DNA from: Campylobacterales bacterium
GTDB taxonomy: Bacteria; Campylobacterota; Campylobacteria; Campylobacterales; JALSKU01
Assembly (NCBI GenBank): GCA_027038335.1
Contig: JALVWI010000191.1
Coordinates: 6,270 to 36,343 of the forward strand
DNA length: 30,074 nt
Reading direction: 5' to 3'
Below, one piece after another: positions 1 to 8,357 of this stretch (position 1 is its first letter; each line of letters begins with the position of its first letter). The translations under genes were made by a program, and so were the position numbers. Under the pieces are notes generated by a model. It was not told the origin of the DNA and did not search any database. It worked only from the letters and a program-made list of their open reading frames with translations.

Positions 1-494
1 TGTAAGAAGTATAGTCCAAGAGCTAAAGCTAAGATAGAAAGTGCAAAGTAGAGCATCTCTTGTGCTCCATTGTATTCGGTATGCAAAACTCTTTTAAAAA
101 AACTTACTACTAAAACCATTACAATAACTTTTGCTATTTTATCTTTTAATTGATCAAGGCTTTTTATCTCCAATATTTTACTTGTTTTATCATCATTACT
201 AGCTTCATCAATTTCACTGATAAAAAGCTCATACAATCCAAAAGCAAATATAAATAAAACAACTGCTATCAAGTATAGATCAACTGCACCTATGATGGTG
301 GATACAAGATTTTCATGAAGTTTTGGAGGATGAGAATGAGCAAAAAGAGCTTTTATGGTAAATATCGATATAGAGTATATATCAAGACTTGCTATGATAA
401 AAAGTACTATTGCACCCAAAAGTCCAAATATAACTGAAAGTAAAACTATATATCTACTTCTCCAAATAAATCCCTCAAAAATTTTTTCAAGCAT
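1..494 (-). CDS. yqhA: YqhA/UPF0114-family integral membrane protein, 3' end cut by the window edge (absent from the ORF track)
   Basis: Manual translation from ATG at 494: MLEKIFEGFIWRSRYIVLLSVIFGLLGAIVLFIIASLDIYS...IIGAVDLYLIAVVLFIFAFGLYELFISEID...IKSLDQLKDKIAKVIVMVLVVSFF..., open to base 1. The ATG overlaps the asd TAA (TAATG). Confidence 0.85.
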   Translation of the reverse strand, partial: MLEKIFEGFIWRSRYIVLLSVIFGLLGAIVLFIIASLDIYSISIFTIKALFAHSHPPKLHENLVSTIIGAVDLYLIAVVLFIFAFGLYELFISEIDEASNDDKTSKILEIKSLDQLKDKIAKVIVMVLVVSFFKRVLHTEYNGAQEMLYFALSILALALGLYFL

Positions 495-1528
495 TATTCG
501 CTCTCTAATTCTATCCATTTTAGTGCAATTCTTACAGCATTTGTAGCTGCTCCTACTCTTAATTGATCTGCAACATTAAAAAAATGCAAGATATTGCTCT
601 CATATAAATCTTTTCTAATTCTACCGACATAAGTTATATCTGTATCAGTTGCAATGATAGGCATTGGATATATGCCATTTGCCAAATCATCCATAACTTC
701 AACATTTTCAAAATTATTGAGTGCACCTTTTACTCTATCAATATCAATATCAACCCCATCTCTAAAAGTAACACTTATAGACTCACTATGACTTCTTAGA
801 ACCGGAACTCTTACACAAGTTGCGGCAAGTTCAAAATTTTTGTGAAGTATCTTTTGAGACTCGTTTACCATCTTCATCTCTTCTCTAGTGAAACCGTTTG
901 GTTGAGGAGTATCTATCTGAGGTATAACATTGAGTGCGATTTGGTGCATAAAAGCCTCTTTTTTACTCTCATCAAGTCTAAAAGCAAAAAAGTCTTGCAT
1001 CTGTTTTACAAGCTCCTCCATACCTTTTTTGCCTGCACCGCTAGTTGCTTGATAGGTGCTAACATCCACTCTTTTTATACCGTACAAATCATCAAGGGGT
1101 TTTAAAGATAAAACCATTTGTATGGTAGAGCAGTTTGGATTGGCTATGATGCCTTTAACTTTCCAAGCACTTATATCTTCCGGATTGACTTCAGGAACGA
1201 CCAAAGGTACATCTTCATCCATTCTAAAATGACTTGAATTGTCTATGACAACAGCTCCACTTTCAGCGGCTATCGGGCAAAATTTTGCAGAGATACTTCC
1301 ACCGGCACTAAAAAATGCTATATCAACTTCCTCTTTTTCAAAAATATCTTCTGTAAGCTCTTTTACTTTATAAGTTTTTCCAAGAAGCTTTACCTCTTTA
1401 CCGACACTGTTTTTACTAGCTAACGGTATAAGATTTGCCACCGGAAATTTTTGCTCTTCTAATATCCTAAATATCTCTTCACCCACAGCACCGGTTGCTC
1501 CGACTACTGCTACATTAAATTTTTTCAT
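494..1528 (-). CDS. asd: Aspartate-semialdehyde dehydrogenase
   Basis: VAVVGATGAVG nucleotide-binding motif, IIANPNCSTIQM catalytic Cys motif, STYQATSGAG, RVPVLRSHSES, DQLRVGAATNAV. Confidence 0.98.
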   Translation of the reverse strand: MKKFNVAVVGATGAVGEEIFRILEEQKFPVANLIPLASKNSVGKEVKLLGKTYKVKELTEDIFEKEEVDIAFFSAGGSISAKFCPIAAESGAVVIDNSSHFRMDEDVPLVVPEVNPEDISAWKVKGIIANPNCSTIQMVLSLKPLDDLYGIKRVDVSTYQATSGAGKKGMEELVKQMQDFFAFRLDESKKEAFMHQIALNVIPQIDTPQPNGFTREEMKMVNESQKILHKNFELAATCVRVPVLRSHSESISVTFRDGVDIDIDRVKGALNNFENVEVMDDLANGIYPMPIIATDTDITYVGRIRKDLYESNILHFFNVADQLRVGAATNAVRIALKWIELESE

Positions 1529-1540
1529 TTTCTCTCCTGC

Positions 1541-1598
1541 TTCGTAACTCGTGATTAGAAATTTATTCTCAATCCTAAATCCTAAAACCTAAATCCTA
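1541..1598. repeat. Heptamer tandem repeat (AATCCTA AATCCTA AAACCTA AATCCTA, 1571-1598) with a degenerate opposite-sense arm (TTCGTAA CTCGTGA TTAGAAA, 1541-1561)
   Basis: Read directly from the sequence. 1558-1597 matches 8445-8484 at 37/40 positions. The array overlaps the last codons and the TAG of flgR. Confidence 0.85.
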
Positions 1599-2737
1599 CT
1601 TTCTAAAAATAAGTCATCTTTCGTTATGGTATCATTTTCGCTCAATATTATAGCTCGCTCAATAACCGATATAAGTTCTCTGATATTTCCCGGCCAATTA
1701 TATCTTAAAAGTTCATCCATAGCTTCATCACTTATAATTTTATCATTAAAACTATACTTTTGGCAAACTTTTTTTAAAGTTTTATTTGCTATATCTTTTA
1801 TCTCATCTTTTCTTTGCCTTAAAGGAGGGATTTTTATAGGGATAGTATTTAGCCTATAATACAAATCTTCTCTAAAATTTTTTTCTTTTATTTTTTCCAA
1901 AATATCGGCATTTGTAGCTGAAATTACTCTGATATCTATCTTTACAGGTTTTTGACCGCCTACTCTTGTAAGTTCTCTCTCTTGTAAAACTCTTAAAATT
2001 TTAGGTTGCAAAGATAAAGGCATTTCGGCTAATTCATCTAAAAATATTGTTCCTTTGTTCGCTAATTCAAAATATCCTTTTTTTTGAGTAGTAGCATCTG
2101 TAAAAGCCCCTTTTTCATATCCGAAAAGTTCACTTTCTAGTAGATTGTCCGGAATTGCTGCCATATTTATAGCAATAAAAGGTTTTTTTGTTCTTTTAGA
2201 ATTACTGTGAATATATTTTGCAAACAATTCCTTGCCAACTCCACTTTCACCCAAAAGTAGTATGCTAGCATCACTCATCGCAGCTTTTTTTGCAATTTTT
2301 AGAGCATTTTCTAGTTCTTTCGAGTTACCTAAAAAAAGAGGATCTTTATCAGTTTTGTAAGAACTATTTTTTGTGAGAGTTTTTTGTCTTCTTGCTTTTA
2401 CTCCTCTTTTTATAGCTTTTATGAGAGTATCAATCTCAAAAGGTTTTGTCAAAAAGTCTTTTACTCCAAGTCTTATAGCCTCAATGGCACGATTTAGTGT
2501 GGCATTGCCCGTTATGACAATGATCTCAAAATCACCCTCAAGTTTTTTTATGAATTCTATACCGTCAAGTCCGGGCATATTTATATCTGTTATAATAAGC
2601 TCAAAACTATTATCTATCTTTTTCAGAGCTTCTTTTGCATTTTTAAAAGTAACTATCTCAAATTCACTATACTCTTCAAGTGAAAGCTCAAGTGATTTTC
2701 TCATATTGATATCATCTTCAACGATAGCTATCTTCAT
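1589..2737 (-). CDS. flgR: Sigma-54-dependent response regulator FlgR (receiver + AAA+, no C-terminal HTH)
   Basis: Receiver motifs (IVEDD, ITDINMPG, KPF), Walker A GESGVGKE, ESELFGYEKGAFTDA, FLDE, REDLYYRLN, WPGNIREL. It sits between flgQ and asd, as in Campylobacter. Confidence 0.9.
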   Translation of the reverse strand: MKIAIVEDDINMRKSLELSLEEYSEFEIVTFKNAKEALKKIDNSFELIITDINMPGLDGIEFIKKLEGDFEIIVITGNATLNRAIEAIRLGVKDFLTKPFEIDTLIKAIKRGVKARRQKTLTKNSSYKTDKDPLFLGNSKELENALKIAKKAAMSDASILLLGESGVGKELFAKYIHSNSKRTKKPFIAINMAAIPDNLLESELFGYEKGAFTDATTQKKGYFELANKGTIFLDELAEMPLSLQPKILRVLQERELTRVGGQKPVKIDIRVISATNADILEKIKEKNFREDLYYRLNTIPIKIPPLRQRKDEIKDIANKTLKKVCQKYSFNDKIISDEAMDELLRYNWPGNIRELISVIERAIILSENDTITKDDLFLESRI

Positions 2738-2753
2738 TTTATCCTCTATTTGA

Positions 2754-2791
2754 TTAGTAATTGGTAACTCTTAATTTTTAATTTTTAATTT
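2754..2791. repeat. Short heptamer repeats at the flgQ-flgR junction: TTAGTAA TTGGTAA (2754-2767) and (TTAATTT)x3 (2771-2791)
   Basis: Read directly. The TTAATTT triplet encodes the flgQ C-terminus KLKIKN*. Confidence 0.55.
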
Positions 2792-3175
2792 TTCAAAGGT
2801 ACTTATGATACCAAAACCATTATTAAATTTAACTGTGAACCTGATAGGTTCTGATTTGATAGTTATTTGTGAAAATGATTTATTTATAGTATTTATAGAG
2901 TTTGAGTTTACAAATATACTCTGTTTTTTAAAACATTTCAAAAGTTTATATCTATATTGTTTTAAATATTGTAGTGTGGAGGCATTTATGCTTTTTTTTG
3001 GTAGAGTGCATATTTTTTTTGTTGGCTTATTGCTCAACACCATAGCTTTTGATATATATATTTGTTCATTTGTAATATATGAGTTTTGAGTGCAGAGTTT
3101 ATAAGATAATATAAACTCTACATCAGCTTTTAAAAAAGTATAAAAAAGTATTAGTAAGAAAAAATTCTTTGCCAA
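2771..3175 (-). CDS. flgQ: Putative FlgQ (secreted motility accessory protein)
   Basis: 134-aa ORF with TTG start and signal-peptide-like N-terminus (FFLLILFYTFLKA). The assignment is mainly positional (between flgP and flgR). Confidence 0.6.
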   Translation of the reverse strand: MAKNFFLLILFYTFLKADVEFILSYKLCTQNSYITNEQIYISKAMVLSNKPTKKICTLPKKSINASTLQYLKQYRYKLLKCFKKQSIFVNSNSINTINKSFSQITIKSEPIRFTVKFNNGFGIISTFEKLKIKN

Positions 3176-3672
3176 GTTTTACTATCTATTTTTAATTCCA
3201 TTTTGACTCTATAAAGCCCGTTCTTATATGAACTATCAGCAATGTAAGCATCTTTTATAAGTCCATCAACTTGAGTGGTTATGCTAGAGTTCTTTAGTGC
3301 CGCATCTCTTACTGTATCTTTTGCATTTACCTTAACTCCATAAAGCTTTGCACCTAGTTGTCTATATGCGTCTGCAACAGCAGCTCTTTTTGCTAAAGCC
3401 AAAGCCTGAGCAGGAGAGATAGTATTTCGTGGAGCAATTCCTTCTCCGACAACAACAAAATCTTTCATAGGCATAGCTCTTAAAAAAGATAGTTCTTTTT
3501 TCTTTATCTGAATATTTCTATCCACTGGACTTACTGTCTTTTTAGCCTGTATAACTTTTTGTTTTTTTGGAACAGGTTTTTTAGGCATTGGTGTATCTGT
3601 GGATGTAATACATCCGGTAAAAAATATACCAAGCATTACCATACTTATGATCAATAAACCTCTAAATTTCAT
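3151..3672 (-). CDS. flgP: LPP20-family flagellar lipoprotein FlgP
   Basis: Lipobox FFTGC. The segment VGEGIAP.NT.S.AQALALAKRAA..DAYRQL..KLYGVKVN.KDTV.DA and the C-terminal GLYRV..ELKID...W..IFSY match FlgP as I recall it. It lies immediately downstream of gyrA. Confidence 0.85.
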   Translation of the reverse strand: MKFRGLLIISMVMLGIFFTGCITSTDTPMPKKPVPKKQKVIQAKKTVSPVDRNIQIKKKELSFLRAMPMKDFVVVGEGIAPRNTISPAQALALAKRAAVADAYRQLGAKLYGVKVNAKDTVRDAALKNSSITTQVDGLIKDAYIADSSYKNGLYRVKMELKIDSKTWQRIFSY

Positions 3673-3712
3673 TTTTTCACCTTTGCGATAATTTAATCTC
3701 TATATTTTTGCA

Positions 3713-3730
3713 AAGCAAATACTATTCCTT
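3713..3730 (-). promoter_or_regulatory. Sigma-54 (-24/-12) promoter for flgP
   Basis: Minus strand AAGGAATAGTATTTGCTT has GG-N10-GC spacing with a Campylobacterota-type GGAA...TTGCTT core. It overlaps the gyrA TAG and lies about 40 bp upstream of the flgP ATG. Confidence 0.65.
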
Positions 3731-6241
3731 TTTTTCATTTAGCAAATTTAGAATGTTGCTATTATTTGCTTCAGAGATAACATCTTCTGTGTCAAGTTCA
3801 CTCTCTTCTTTAGGACATCTTGCGATACTAACAACATAATCTTCGCCTTCAATATTGACTATCTTTACTCCGCTAGTATTTCTTCCGGCTTTTCTTATGC
3901 TTTTCATATCTACTCTTACCATTTTACCTTTTGAGGTAAGCACCATAAGATCTTTGCTTTCGTCAACTATAACTACTCCGACCAAATCTTTTGTTTTAGG
4001 AGTTAATTTCATAGCTATGACACCTTTGCCGCCTCTTTTTTGCAGTCTATACTCTGATGCTGTTGTTCTTTTACCTACGCCTTTTTGACTAACGCTTAAA
4101 AGTTCTTCCTCGTCATTATAGATGATCGTAGCACCTGTAACAAAATCACTCTCTTCCTTAAATCTTATACCGGTAACTCCTTTAGCGGTTCTTCCCATCT
4201 CTCTAACATCATTTGCATTAAATTTAATACACATACCTTTTCTAGTAATGATAAAAAGATATTTTGCTTCAGGCATAACTATCTTAGCTGTCACAAGAGA
4301 GTCATCTTCGTTGAGTGTTATGGCTCTTACTCCTACACTTCTTATATTGCTAAAATCACTTAGATTTGTTTTTTTAACAAGTCCTTTTTGTGTAAAAAAT
4401 GCTAATGATTTATTTTCGTCAAAGTCTGTTGTCGGTATGATCTCCATGATCTTTTCGTCAGGTTGGAGATTTAAAAGGTTAACTACGGCTTTTCCTTTTG
4501 CGGTTCTGCTACCTTCTGGAATTCTATAAACTTTTAGCCAATACAGTTGACCTCTATCAGTAACAAACATAAGAGTATCGTGGGTATTGGAAACAAAAAA
4601 GCTCTCTATAAAGTCATCATCATAAGTAGTAAGAGCTGTTTTTCCTTTTCCGCCTCTTTTTTGTTTTTCATACTGTTTAAGTGCAACTCTTTTTATATAG
4701 CCTCTATGAGTGATGGTAACCACCATAGGCTCGTTTGGTATCAAGTCTTCTATATCTATCTCACCATAATCATCTACTACTTCAGTAAGTCTTGGTGAAC
4801 TAAATTTATCTTTTACTTCTATAAGTTCATCTTTTATAAGTTTATTTAGCAACTCTTCACTTTTTAGTATTGCACTTAGTCTTTCTATCTCTTTTAAAAG
4901 TTCTTTAAGTTCATTTTCTATCTTTTCTCTTTCAAGTCCGGTTAGTCTATTTAGCTTCATATCTAGTATAGCACCGGCTTGTATCTCACTTAGAGAAAAG
5001 TTATCCATCAGTGCAGATTTTGCTGTTTTTGTATCTTTACTCTTTTTTATGATAGCGATAATTTCATCAATGTTATCAAGAGCTATTTTTAAACCCTCTA
5101 AGATATGAGCTCTAGCTTTTGCTTTTTCAAGTTCATAGATAGTTCGTCTTATAAGAACGGTTTTTCTATGTTTTAAAAATAACTCAAGAAGTTCTAAAAG
5201 ATTAAATACTTTAGGTTCTTTATTTTCTATAGCAAGTAAAATAATACCGAATGTTACTTCAAGATTGGACGATTTATAAAGGTTATTTAAGATGATTTCA
5301 CTCATTGCATCTTTTTTAAGTTCTATTACAACCCTGATACCGTCTCTATCACTCTCATCTCTGATCTCTGAAATGCCATCTATCTGTTTGTCCTTAACAA
5401 GTGAGGCAACTTGTTCTATAAATTTAGACTTATTTACCTGATAAGGAAACTCATCTATAACTATGACATCCTTATGCCCCTTTTTTTCTATGTGGGTTTT
5501 GGCTCGTATTTTTATGCGACCTCTACCGGTATTGTAAGCATCGATGATACCTCTTTTGCCAAAGATAACTCCACCGGTAGGAAAATCAGGAGCTTTTACA
5601 AAATTGGTCAATTCAGATATCTCACATTCTGGATTATCTATGAGATACAATAAAGCATCTATAACTTCTCCAAGATTGTGTGGAGGAATATTGGTAGCCA
5701 TACCTACTGCGATACCGCTTGAACCGTTTATGAGAAGGTTTGGTATCCTACTAGGAAGCACATCAGGTTCACTCATACTATCATCATAGTTCGGTATAAA
5801 ATCAACTGTTTCTTTATCTATATCTTTGAGCAACTCTTCACTTAAAGATGTCATCCTAGCTTCAGTATATCTCATAGCCGCAGCATTGTCACCATCTATT
5901 GAGCCGAAGTTTCCCTGTCCATCTATAAGAGGAAGTCTCATAGAAAAAGGTTGAGCCATTCTGACAAGTGCATCATATACAGCATTGTCACCGTGTGGGT
6001 GGTACTTACCGATAACATCACCGACTATCCTAGCTGACTTTTTATAAGCAGCTCTTGAGCTGAGGTTTAGTTCACTCATCGCATAAAGTATTCTTCTATG
6101 TACCGGTTTAAGACCATCTCTAGCATCAGGAAGTGCTCGACCTATGATGACACTCATAGAGTAGTCAAGATAGCTCGTTTTTATAGAGTCTTCTATATTG
6201 ATATCTTGTATGTCTTGATTTTGTTCAAAAATATCGTTCAT
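3722..6241 (-). CDS. gyrA: DNA gyrase subunit A
   Basis: [45 protein letters not shown] catalytic Tyr, GyrA-box QKRGGKG. The ATG at 6241 is preferred over the TTG at 6247 because of the upstream AAAAGG. Confidence 0.99.
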   Translation of the reverse strand: MNDIFEQNQDIQDINIEDSIKTSYLDYSMSVIIGRALPDARDGLKPVHRRILYAMSELNLSSRAAYKKSARIVGDVIGKYHPHGDNAVYDALVRMAQPFSMRLPLIDGQGNFGSIDGDNAAAMRYTEARMTSLSEELLKDIDKETVDFIPNYDDSMSEPDVLPSRIPNLLINGSSGIAVGMATNIPPHNLGEVIDALLYLIDNPECEISELTNFVKAPDFPTGGVIFGKRGIIDAYNTGRGRIKIRAKTHIEKKGHKDVIVIDEFPYQVNKSKFIEQVASLVKDKQIDGISEIRDESDRDGIRVVIELKKDAMSEIILNNLYKSSNLEVTFGIILLAIENKEPKVFNLLELLELFLKHRKTVLIRRTIYELEKAKARAHILEGLKIALDNIDEIIAIIKKSKDTKTAKSALMDNFSLSEIQAGAILDMKLNRLTGLEREKIENELKELLKEIERLSAILKSEELLNKLIKDELIEVKDKFSSPRLTEVVDDYGEIDIEDLIPNEPMVVTITHRGYIKRVALKQYEKQKRGGKGKTALTTYDDDFIESFFVSNTHDTLMFVTDRGQLYWLKVYRIPEGSRTAKGKAVVNLLNLQPDEKIMEIIPTTDFDENKSLAFFTQKGLVKKTNLSDFSNIRSVGVRAITLNEDDSLVTAKIVMPEAKYLFIITRKGMCIKFNANDVREMGRTAKGVTGIRFKEESDFVTGATIIYNDEEELLSVSQKGVGKRTTASEYRLQKRGGKGVIAMKLTPKTKDLVGVVIVDESKDLMVLTSKGKMVRVDMKSIRKAGRNTSGVKIVNIEGEDYVVSIARCPKEESELDTEDVISEANNSNILNLLNEKKE

Positions 6242-6315
6242 TACCAACCTTTTGGAAGTTTAAAATATATTTATTTTATCCAAAAAATCCATAACATATG
6301 CTTAAATCATTTATT

Positions 6316-6342
6316 TAGGGGTCAGGTGATAGTAATAGTACT
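6316..6342 (+). repeat. Inverted repeat, gyrA-proximal copy (TAGGGGTCAGGTGATAGTAATAGTACT)
   Basis: Exact reverse complement of 7158-7184. Contains the TGA stop and the last six codons of the nuclease gene. Confidence 0.97.
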
Positions 6343-7101
6343 GTTTCTTTTTATGATGGCACTTACGGTAGGTTGTGAAAGTTTAAGTAATTTTGCTATC
6401 GTATGTTGTGAATAGCCGTTTTTATATGCTTGGCATATTTTTTTATTTCTCTCTTTTATATTGTCTATATTTGAGAAAAATTTTTGCAATTTTTTTATAT
6501 CAGTTTTATTCTCTTTTTGTGTAGCTTCTATTAGCATAGAGGCTTTTTGCAACTCTTTTAATATATCTTTATCTAAGGGTGAGTTTAAAAAGTTTTTTAT
6601 TTCTTTACTTTTATGGAAATTTTTAACTAACCAAGAGTTTTTCAAACAAGGGGGTAGCTCTAAATCATTTAAGATATAGTAAGCACTTTGATAGGGGTAT
6701 TCACCGATATCGTTTACAATTTTTGCTTTTATAGGGTTTTGTTCTATATACAATATCAATGAGTATAGATATGCTTCATCTGTTACATACCATGATTTGT
6801 ATCTTCCTTGCCATAAATGACCTGCTCTTTTATATTTTTTATTAAAATATATCGCATAATTCATATTTATTTGTCTCATAAATTTTGATAATTCTTCATT
6901 TTTGGTTTCTAGTAAGAGGTGATAATGATTGTTCATGAGAGAAAAGCTATGTAAATTTATATCAAAGCTTTTTGCATAATCGCATATCAACTCTTCAAAT
7001 TTCTTAAAATCTTCTTTTTCATAAAATACTACTCTTTGCTCTACTCCCCTATTTATAATGTGGTAAAAACCCGGTATATCAACTCTTGGTTTTCTTGGCA
7101 T
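6322..7101 (-). CDS. REP-associated tyrosine transposase-like (TnpA-Y1/RAYT) HUH endonuclease with a C-terminal helix-turn-helix
   Basis: MPRKPR...YHIINRG N-terminus, HUH motif H59-Y60-H61, GHLWQGRYKS, putative catalytic Y118 in YIEQNP, HTH-like GYSQHTIAKLLKLSQPTVSAII. RBS AAAAGGAAA. Confidence 0.9.
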   Translation of the reverse strand: MPRKPRVDIPGFYHIINRGVEQRVVFYEKEDFKKFEELICDYAKSFDINLHSFSLMNNHYHLLLETKNEELSKFMRQINMNYAIYFNKKYKRAGHLWQGRYKSWYVTDEAYLYSLILYIEQNPIKAKIVNDIGEYPYQSAYYILNDLELPPCLKNSWLVKNFHKSKEIKNFLNSPLDKDILKELQKASMLIEATQKENKTDIKKLQKFFSNIDNIKERNKKICQAYKNGYSQHTIAKLLKLSQPTVSAIIKRNSTITIT

Positions 7102-7157
7102 AGTATTTCCTTTTGATTAAATAATTGTATAAAATAGTTTACAATGAATTTACTTAA

Positions 7158-7184
7158 AGTACTATTACTATCACCTGACCCCTA
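7158..7184 (-). repeat. Inverted repeat, comF-proximal copy (AGTACTATTACTATCACCTGACCCCTA)
   Basis: Exact reverse complement of 6316-6342. Lies 6 bp from the comF stop codon. Confidence 0.97.
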
Positions 7185-7190
7185 TATAAA

Positions 7191-7763
7191 TTATTCTCTT
7201 GCATCTGCTAGAGTTAGAGCAAATAAAACATTAACTCCATTTTCTTCCAATATTTTTTTAGCTTCTTTTATAGTAGAGCCCGTCGTAATGATGTCGTCAA
7301 TAATGATGGCATCTATATTTGAGTGGTATTTGTATGTAAAATTTCTAGGATTATTTTGTCTAAATTGTAGAGATTTACCTGAATAATTTATCTTATTTTT
7401 AGCCCTTAAAGCTGAGTGAACAGGTGTTATATAGGTTGATTTTAGATATTTGTTAAGTATAGCAGTATGAGAGTAACCGTTTTTTGCATGATCATCACAT
7501 GCAAAAGAGTAAGTTTTATTTATAAACTTAAATTCTTTACCAAATTTTCTGAAGCTTTCTTGTGCTAAGATACGATATATGAAATATCCTACAAATTTAT
7601 GTTTTGTTAGGATAAGATTTTTGACAGCACTATATTTATAAAAACTATATACTTCAAAATCATTTTCAATCACTCTTTTATATAAAGACGGTTTTAAAAA
7701 CTCCTTTTTACATTTTTTGCATATATGACTAAAAGAAAATGCCCCACATATCAAGCAGTACAT
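7191..7763 (-). CDS. comF: ComF/CtsW-family phosphoribosyltransferase-domain competence protein
   Basis: N-terminal CxxC...CxxC (CLIC, CKKC) and PRPP-binding IIIDDIITTGSTI. Positioned between the lipoprotein gene and gyrA, like Campylobacter ctsW. Confidence 0.85.
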   Translation of the reverse strand: MYCLICGAFSFSHICKKCKKEFLKPSLYKRVIENDFEVYSFYKYSAVKNLILTKHKFVGYFIYRILAQESFRKFGKEFKFINKTYSFACDDHAKNGYSHTAILNKYLKSTYITPVHSALRAKNKINYSGKSLQFRQNNPRNFTYKYHSNIDAIIIDDIITTGSTIKEAKKILEENGVNVLFALTLADARE

Positions 7764-8339
7764 TTAAATATCAGATAAATTTTTTATAATTAGCTTTATA
7801 CTGTCGTTTAAAAGAGCCTCTATCTGTTTTTGAAAAGTCTCATTACTTACTGTTAAACCATTATATTTACTGATATTTTCTGAGATAGTTTTTGTTATAG
7901 TTTCATTACCTTTTTTGATGATAAGTTGCAAAGAGATAGTTCCTGTTAGGTTTTCCTTTATCAATTCACTCTTATTGAATGTTACAAATAATTTATTTAG
8001 CACAAGATTTATCTTAAAAGTAGCATTTTTAGGATTTGTAACCATAATAAAACCATTTGCGTTTAAAGCCTTTTTTAAAGCATTTTTATACCAAACTCCA
8101 AAATTTACATTTGAAGTGGTATATCCAAGGTTGTCGCCATCATTATTTGTAACAACGGCAACTATCTTTTTATTGGTTCTTTCGTCTTTAAAGGAGTTTA
8201 TATATACACTTTTGTGAGTATTTTTAAAACTTAGAAAGCTTACTTGATATGGTTTTATATCTATAGAGCTACTTTTATAAGAGCAACCTGAGAGTAAAAA
8301 TATTCCTATTGTAACAAATACTAAACCTAATTTTCTCAT
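7764..8339 (-). CDS. YajG-like lipoprotein (occupies the mapA position of the Campylobacter locus)
   Basis: Lipobox LLSGC after MRKLGLVFVTIGIF, and a DERT motif. The start is moved from 8378 to the ATG at 8339 (or 8342) because of the AAAGGAG RBS. Confidence 0.7.
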   Translation of the reverse strand: MRKLGLVFVTIGIFLLSGCSYKSSSIDIKPYQVSFLSFKNTHKSVYINSFKDERTNKKIVAVVTNNDGDNLGYTTSNVNFGVWYKNALKKALNANGFIMVTNPKNATFKINLVLNKLFVTFNKSELIKENLTGTISLQLIIKKGNETITKTISENISKYNGLTVSNETFQKQIEALLNDSIKLIIKNLSDI

Positions 8340-8357
8340 CATGTCTCCTTTGAAGCC

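Larger units (their letters stand above)
6316..7184 (-). mobile_element. Putative mobile or domesticated element: HUH/Y1 nuclease gene bounded by perfect 27-bp inverted repeats (extendable to 6309-7191 at 33/34)
   Basis: Inverted repeats seen directly. The single ORF is RAYT/IS200-like. The unit interrupts the comF-gyrA adjacency. Confidence 0.75.

Noticed and set aside
5960-6010. GyrA QRDR reads [10 protein letters not shown] (Asn at the C. jejuni Thr86 position), a possible quinolone-resistance allele
   Set aside because: Asn at this position is the wild-type state in H. pylori. No resistance can be inferred without the species baseline.
7144-7386. Plus-strand 80-aa ORF starting next to the inverted repeat, as a possible second gene of the element
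   Set aside because: It crosses the element boundary and is mostly antisense to comF, with no RBS and no motif.
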